Shown here in pieces: positions 28,212 through 32,000 of a stretch of DNA of 32,000 nucleotides. How positions within the stretch are numbered: the first letter of the stretch is position 1; the number at the start of each line of letters is the position of its first letter. Location: contig NC_018515.1 in assembly GCF_000231385.2 (NCBI RefSeq), positions 4,829,624 to 4,861,623 of the forward strand, read 5' to 3'. A program made the position numbers and the translations under genes. A model generated the notes under the pieces. It saw nothing but the letters and a program-made list of their open reading frames with translations, had not been told where the DNA came from and made no database searches. The stretch is from Desulfosporosinus meridiei DSM 13257. GTDB taxonomy: Bacteria; Bacillota; Desulfitobacteriia; Desulfitobacteriales; Desulfitobacteriaceae.

Positions 28212-28251
28212 AATGAGTAATTAACTAAAATCTTTAAGCTAATTACTCATT
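28212..28251 (-). terminator. Possible terminator downstream of selB
   Basis: Perfect 12-bp inverted repeat AATGAGTAATTA...TAATTACTCATT, AT-rich, minus-strand tail CATTTTGC. Confidence 0.5.
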
Positions 28252-28259
28252 CATCAAAT

Positions 28260-30161
28260 CTATATTTTTCCCAGAATTCTCTTGTCTCCCTTTCGTTGAG
28301 TGACACGTTGTTGGTCAAAATACTCTAACAAAGGAACTGTATATTTACGGGAAGTCTCCCACAATTCTCTTACCTCTGCTACCCCAACTTCTCCTTTTAA
28401 TCCTAACAATCCTATTAAGTTCTGCTTTGCCTCTTGAATATCCTCACTTTTAAAGTAAAACCCGCTGATAAACACCCATTCCCCCTGATCACATAAGTAG
28501 CCCGCATATTCTTGAATATCGGCTTTTCCTATTCCACACTTTTCAGCAGCTGAACTTAATTCAGGAGGCATAAGCTTGACAGTCTGCCACAGAGATCTTA
28601 AGTCATTTAATCCTTTCATAATTGAGAGCGGAATCTGTGCCCCTTCATTCGTTTGAACCTTACTTCCGGAGATTTTATAAAACTTTCGGGCACTTCCTTG
28701 TTCTAATATCATCTGCCAACGTCTATGACTCCACAGTATTCCTAGGCGGGTTTTTAGTTCTTCCCTACTAATTCCACCTCTTAACGGAAATTCTTGTTCA
28801 TTTGTTTTTACAACTTTTATGAGTTTTTCTCTCCAGGTTTCAGCATCTTTTTTTGCCCAATAAAGAGCAACATCATCTTCTGACCAAATCTCTAACCTTT
28901 CCTGTTCCTCCAGCGATTTCAAGTTTTCAGCTAAATCATCAAGGTTGACGTGTAATCGATTTGCCAAATCTTTAGCAGCTCTTGGTTCATCCATCTCTCT
29001 CTCTAAAAGGTCGAGAGGATCTCCCTGATCTTTGATCTTCAGTTGTGCTAATACACTTTCCTTAAAGCGTTTCAATTTAAGCTCTGCTACATCTAATACT
29101 TTACCTCCTGCTATTGTGAAAGTAGGAGAGTAAAATCTTAAAACAAACCGGTCTCCTGGTGCTGCAAGAACGGGCTCTTCTAATAATATCTGAGCAAACC
29201 CCTCACCACCAGGATTAATCTCCTTATGTTCTAAGAGGTGTAGGCGTCCCAATATTTCAGTTGTCCCAATATGAAAGCGAACTCTCTGCCTCTGCACTAA
29301 AGGCTTTTCTGCTGTGGTAAGGTTTGTTACTTTTAAATCCAATATATTTCCAACTTTAAAAACCTTTGGTTTTACGAGTACTGAGCCCCTAACAACTTCT
29401 GATACATCTACCCCGGCAAGATTGACAGCTACCCTCTGGCCCGCCCCAGCAAAGTTAACTTTTTTATTATAAACTTGTAATGAGCGAACTTTTGACAGTA
29501 GATTACTAGGCTCTATTGCCAACTCCTGCCCCAATTCTATAGTCCCACTATGAAGAGTGCCTGTCACGACCGTCCCAAAACCCTGGATGCTAAAAACTCT
29601 ATCAATTGGCATTCTTACTGGGCCGATTGACTTCTTACTTTCTACTTCAGAAAGCAAATTATCAATAATATCTCGAAGGTCGTCAATACCTTGACCTGTT
29701 ACAGCTGAAACGCGACATATTTGAGCTTGATTGAAGGCCGTATCTTTAAGTTTATTATGTATCTCTTCATCCATGAGATCAAGCCACTCGTCATCAACAA
29801 GATCTGCCTTATTTATGACAACAATTCCTCTGGGAATTCCCAGCAAAGTCAATATATCTATATGTTCTTGAGTCTGAGGCATTATTCCCTCATCAGCTGC
29901 AATGACCAATAGTACAACATCCATTCCGCTTGCCCCCGCCAACATCTGACGGACAAAACGTTCATGACCTGGAACATCAATCATTCCAACTTGACGGCCG
30001 CTTGGAAGTAACATATGTGCAAAACCAAGTTCTATTGAGATACCTCTTTGCTTTTCTTCTTTTAATCGGTCAGTATCCATACCGGAGAGAGCACGAATTA
30101 GCTCAGTTTTACCATGGTCTACATGTCCGGCTGTTCCCACTAAATAGTGTCTTTCACCCAT
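28260..30161 (-). CDS. selB: Selenocysteine-specific translation elongation factor SelB
   Basis: 633 aa; [61 protein letters not shown], plus C-terminal winged-helix region. Confidence 0.97.
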   Translation of the reverse strand: MGERHYLVGTAGHVDHGKTELIRALSGMDTDRLKEEKQRGISIELGFAHMLLPSGRQVGMIDVPGHERFVRQMLAGASGMDVVLLVIAADEGIMPQTQEHIDILTLLGIPRGIVVINKADLVDDEWLDLMDEEIHNKLKDTAFNQAQICRVSAVTGQGIDDLRDIIDNLLSEVESKKSIGPVRMPIDRVFSIQGFGTVVTGTLHSGTIELGQELAIEPSNLLSKVRSLQVYNKKVNFAGAGQRVAVNLAGVDVSEVVRGSVLVKPKVFKVGNILDLKVTNLTTAEKPLVQRQRVRFHIGTTEILGRLHLLEHKEINPGGEGFAQILLEEPVLAAPGDRFVLRFYSPTFTIAGGKVLDVAELKLKRFKESVLAQLKIKDQGDPLDLLEREMDEPRAAKDLANRLHVNLDDLAENLKSLEEQERLEIWSEDDVALYWAKKDAETWREKLIKVVKTNEQEFPLRGGISREELKTRLGILWSHRRWQMILEQGSARKFYKISGSKVQTNEGAQIPLSIMKGLNDLRSLWQTVKLMPPELSSAAEKCGIGKADIQEYAGYLCDQGEWVFISGFYFKSEDIQEAKQNLIGLLGLKGEVGVAEVRELWETSRKYTVPLLEYFDQQRVTQRKGDKRILGKI

Positions 30162-30264
30162 TTTAGTTCCCCTTAAGCTATTTGCATATTATATTTTATA
30201 TCTTATATAGTTTACTAGTCATATTTACTATAGCAAAATTGTAACTTGTTTAGCAAACTCAAAT

Positions 30265-31296
30265 TTATCTCTTTAGCCAATAATACATTATTACAGGTAA
30301 AAATACTAAGCCTAGGTATCCAAACAGAGGATAAACAATCTGCACAATTTGAGAAAATTTGACCCCAGCTAATGGCAGTAACAATACAAATAATGCTAAT
30401 GTCGCTCTCCCATAGTTTAAACGACCTGAATCAACAACTCTGCTTATTAGACTAAAGCCATTCCCTACCGCTGCAGTAATCATAGCTAACCACAAGACTA
30501 CAACATAGAAAAAAGCCGGCCATTCACCTAACTTGCCTGCAATTCCAACCATCGGAATTTCAAGGCCTAATATATCTGGAAAGCTTAGCAAAGATACACC
30601 TATGGCTAATGCAAATAATCCTAAAGCAATTCCTCCAAGCAAAGCCCCTAACCGGGCACCTGCTTTCTGTACATCTCGTCCAAGAGATGCAAATACTACC
30701 ATTGCCAATGTAACGTTAAATGAGACATATAAGATGGCTGAGATAAACCAATTACTAACAATCGGGTTTTCGACGATTATGGTAGGTTGATTTCCCACTG
30801 AGCCGGCAAGAAATGTTGCTACTGTGGCAATTCCTAAACAAAAAATGAATTTTAAAGGAATGAGTACGGAATTTATCCAAAGCACTCCTTCTCCCCGATA
30901 CCACAAGGCTAATGCGATCACACTTGCTGTCAGTAAAATACCTGACCACCTTGAGAAGCCAAAATACTCTTGAAAGAGAGCCCCACTGCCAGATATCATT
31001 GCTAGCATACCTACAAATAAGAGAATACTAACAAGGATATCTGCCCACCTTCCTAATTTTGAACCCAGCAAATAATTGAAGAAATCATCATAGGATGTTA
31101 CTTTCCAACGACTCTGTAAATCAAGCATACCCCAACCTAGGAGCGAAAAAAGAAATGAACTCAGCACAACTCCTACTAAACCCCAATATCCAAACCGTGC
31201 AAAGAACTGTTGTATTTCCTGACCAGAGGCAAAGCCAGCCCCCATCACCGCACCTACGTAGGTTGCAGCCACTTGAAAAGATGTTTTCCAACGCAT
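30265..31296 (-). CDS. YkvI-like membrane protein (transporter-like)
   Basis: 343 aa; AATYVGAVMGAGFASGQEIQQFFARFGYWGLVGVVLSSFLFSLLGWGML, many TM segments. Confidence 0.85.
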   Translation of the reverse strand: MRWKTSFQVAATYVGAVMGAGFASGQEIQQFFARFGYWGLVGVVLSSFLFSLLGWGMLDLQSRWKVTSYDDFFNYLLGSKLGRWADILVSILLFVGMLAMISGSGALFQEYFGFSRWSGILLTASVIALALWYRGEGVLWINSVLIPLKFIFCLGIATVATFLAGSVGNQPTIIVENPIVSNWFISAILYVSFNVTLAMVVFASLGRDVQKAGARLGALLGGIALGLFALAIGVSLLSFPDILGLEIPMVGIAGKLGEWPAFFYVVVLWLAMITAAVGNGFSLISRVVDSGRLNYGRATLALFVLLLPLAGVKFSQIVQIVYPLFGYLGLVFLPVIMYYWLKR

Positions 31297-31422
31297 GATT
31301 ACTCCCTCCTCGCCATCATGCTTATGGCTAGAAATGGGATCTCATGCATAAAAGATGATCTATTTGGTAAATAATTTAATGAATAGCTAAGTTTTTTAGT
31401 ACATCGAGTAAGGGGGCTGCTT

Positions 31423-31995
31423 GTGAGTTTATTTTCATTGCTTACTGAAACTCAAAAAATTAAAGCCCATGTGGATGATTATACCGCAAAAGAGAAACTT
31501 GAGACGCGTCTCTCAGATCTTTTTGTTTCTACTCAGAAACGCCCCGCTGTTATTTTATGTATAGGGACAGATCGTTCAACGGGAGATGCTTTAGGGCCAT
31601 TAATTGGCACACAGCTCTCCCGTCTAAAACTCCCTGAACTTAATGTCTATGGTACATTAGATAATCCCGTACATGCTACAAACCTCGAATCAAACGTTTA
31701 TAACATAAAAAGTATTTTTTCAAATCCATTTATTATTGCAGTAGACGCTTGTTTAGGGCGTCTTGACTCAATCGGCTGTATTACTCTTTCTGATGGGCCA
31801 TTAAAGCCTGGGGCAGGTGTTAATAAAAATCTGCCAGAAGTAGGTGAAGCTCATATGACCGGTATTGTTAATGTGGGGGGCTTTATGGAATATATGGTTT
31901 TGCAAAACACTCGTCTCAACTTAGTTTGGAGACTGTCCGAGAATATCAGTTCTATAATTACTCGTTCATATTTGAAAGTACGGAGGAGCAACTAA
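31423..31995 (+). CDS. yyaC: YyaC-like spore protease family protein
   Basis: 190 aa, GTG start with GGGGG Shine-Dalgarno; PAVILCIGTDRSTGDALGPLIGTQL, FIIAVDACLGRLDSIGCITLSDGPLKPGAGVNK. Confidence 0.9.
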   Translation: MSLFSLLTETQKIKAHVDDYTAKEKLETRLSDLFVSTQKRPAVILCIGTDRSTGDALGPLIGTQLSRLKLPELNVYGTLDNPVHATNLESNVYNIKSIFSNPFIIAVDACLGRLDSIGCITLSDGPLKPGAGVNKNLPEVGEAHMTGIVNVGGFMEYMVLQNTRLNLVWRLSENISSIITRSYLKVRRSN

Positions 31996-32000
31996 GCAGT

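Overview
This looks like a chromosomal core region of a spore-forming Firmicute, most likely of the Desulfosporosinus/Desulfitobacterium type (inferred from gene content and order). Almost all genes are on the minus strand. Contents from left to right: tRNA-Phe and tRNA-Glu; two near-identical tandem Cache-domain chemoreceptors with a c-di-GMP-I (GEMM) riboswitch leader in front of only the first, and tRNA-Lys between them; purA, purB and a COG2509-like FAD dehydrogenase; dnaB; a LonC-like protease; rplI; a DUF2232 membrane protein; a MazG-like protein; rpsR-ssb-rpsF; ychF; DUF951; an MscS-family channel; an M18 aminopeptidase; a CvpA-family protein; tRNA-Sec (selC); an unlisted 47-aa small ORF convergent with a DUF2889 protein; a CBS-CBS-ACT protein; the livF-G-M-H-K branched-chain amino acid ABC transporter; selB; a YkvI-like transporter; and a plus-strand YyaC-like spore protease. 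I found no mobile element, CRISPR array, phage or defence system. The strongest observation is the riboswitch leader on one chemoreceptor: its P1 stem shares its 3' arm with an intrinsic terminator, which predicts an ON switch. The near-identical tandem paralogue has no such leader. I did not find a convincing undescribed multi-gene system here.
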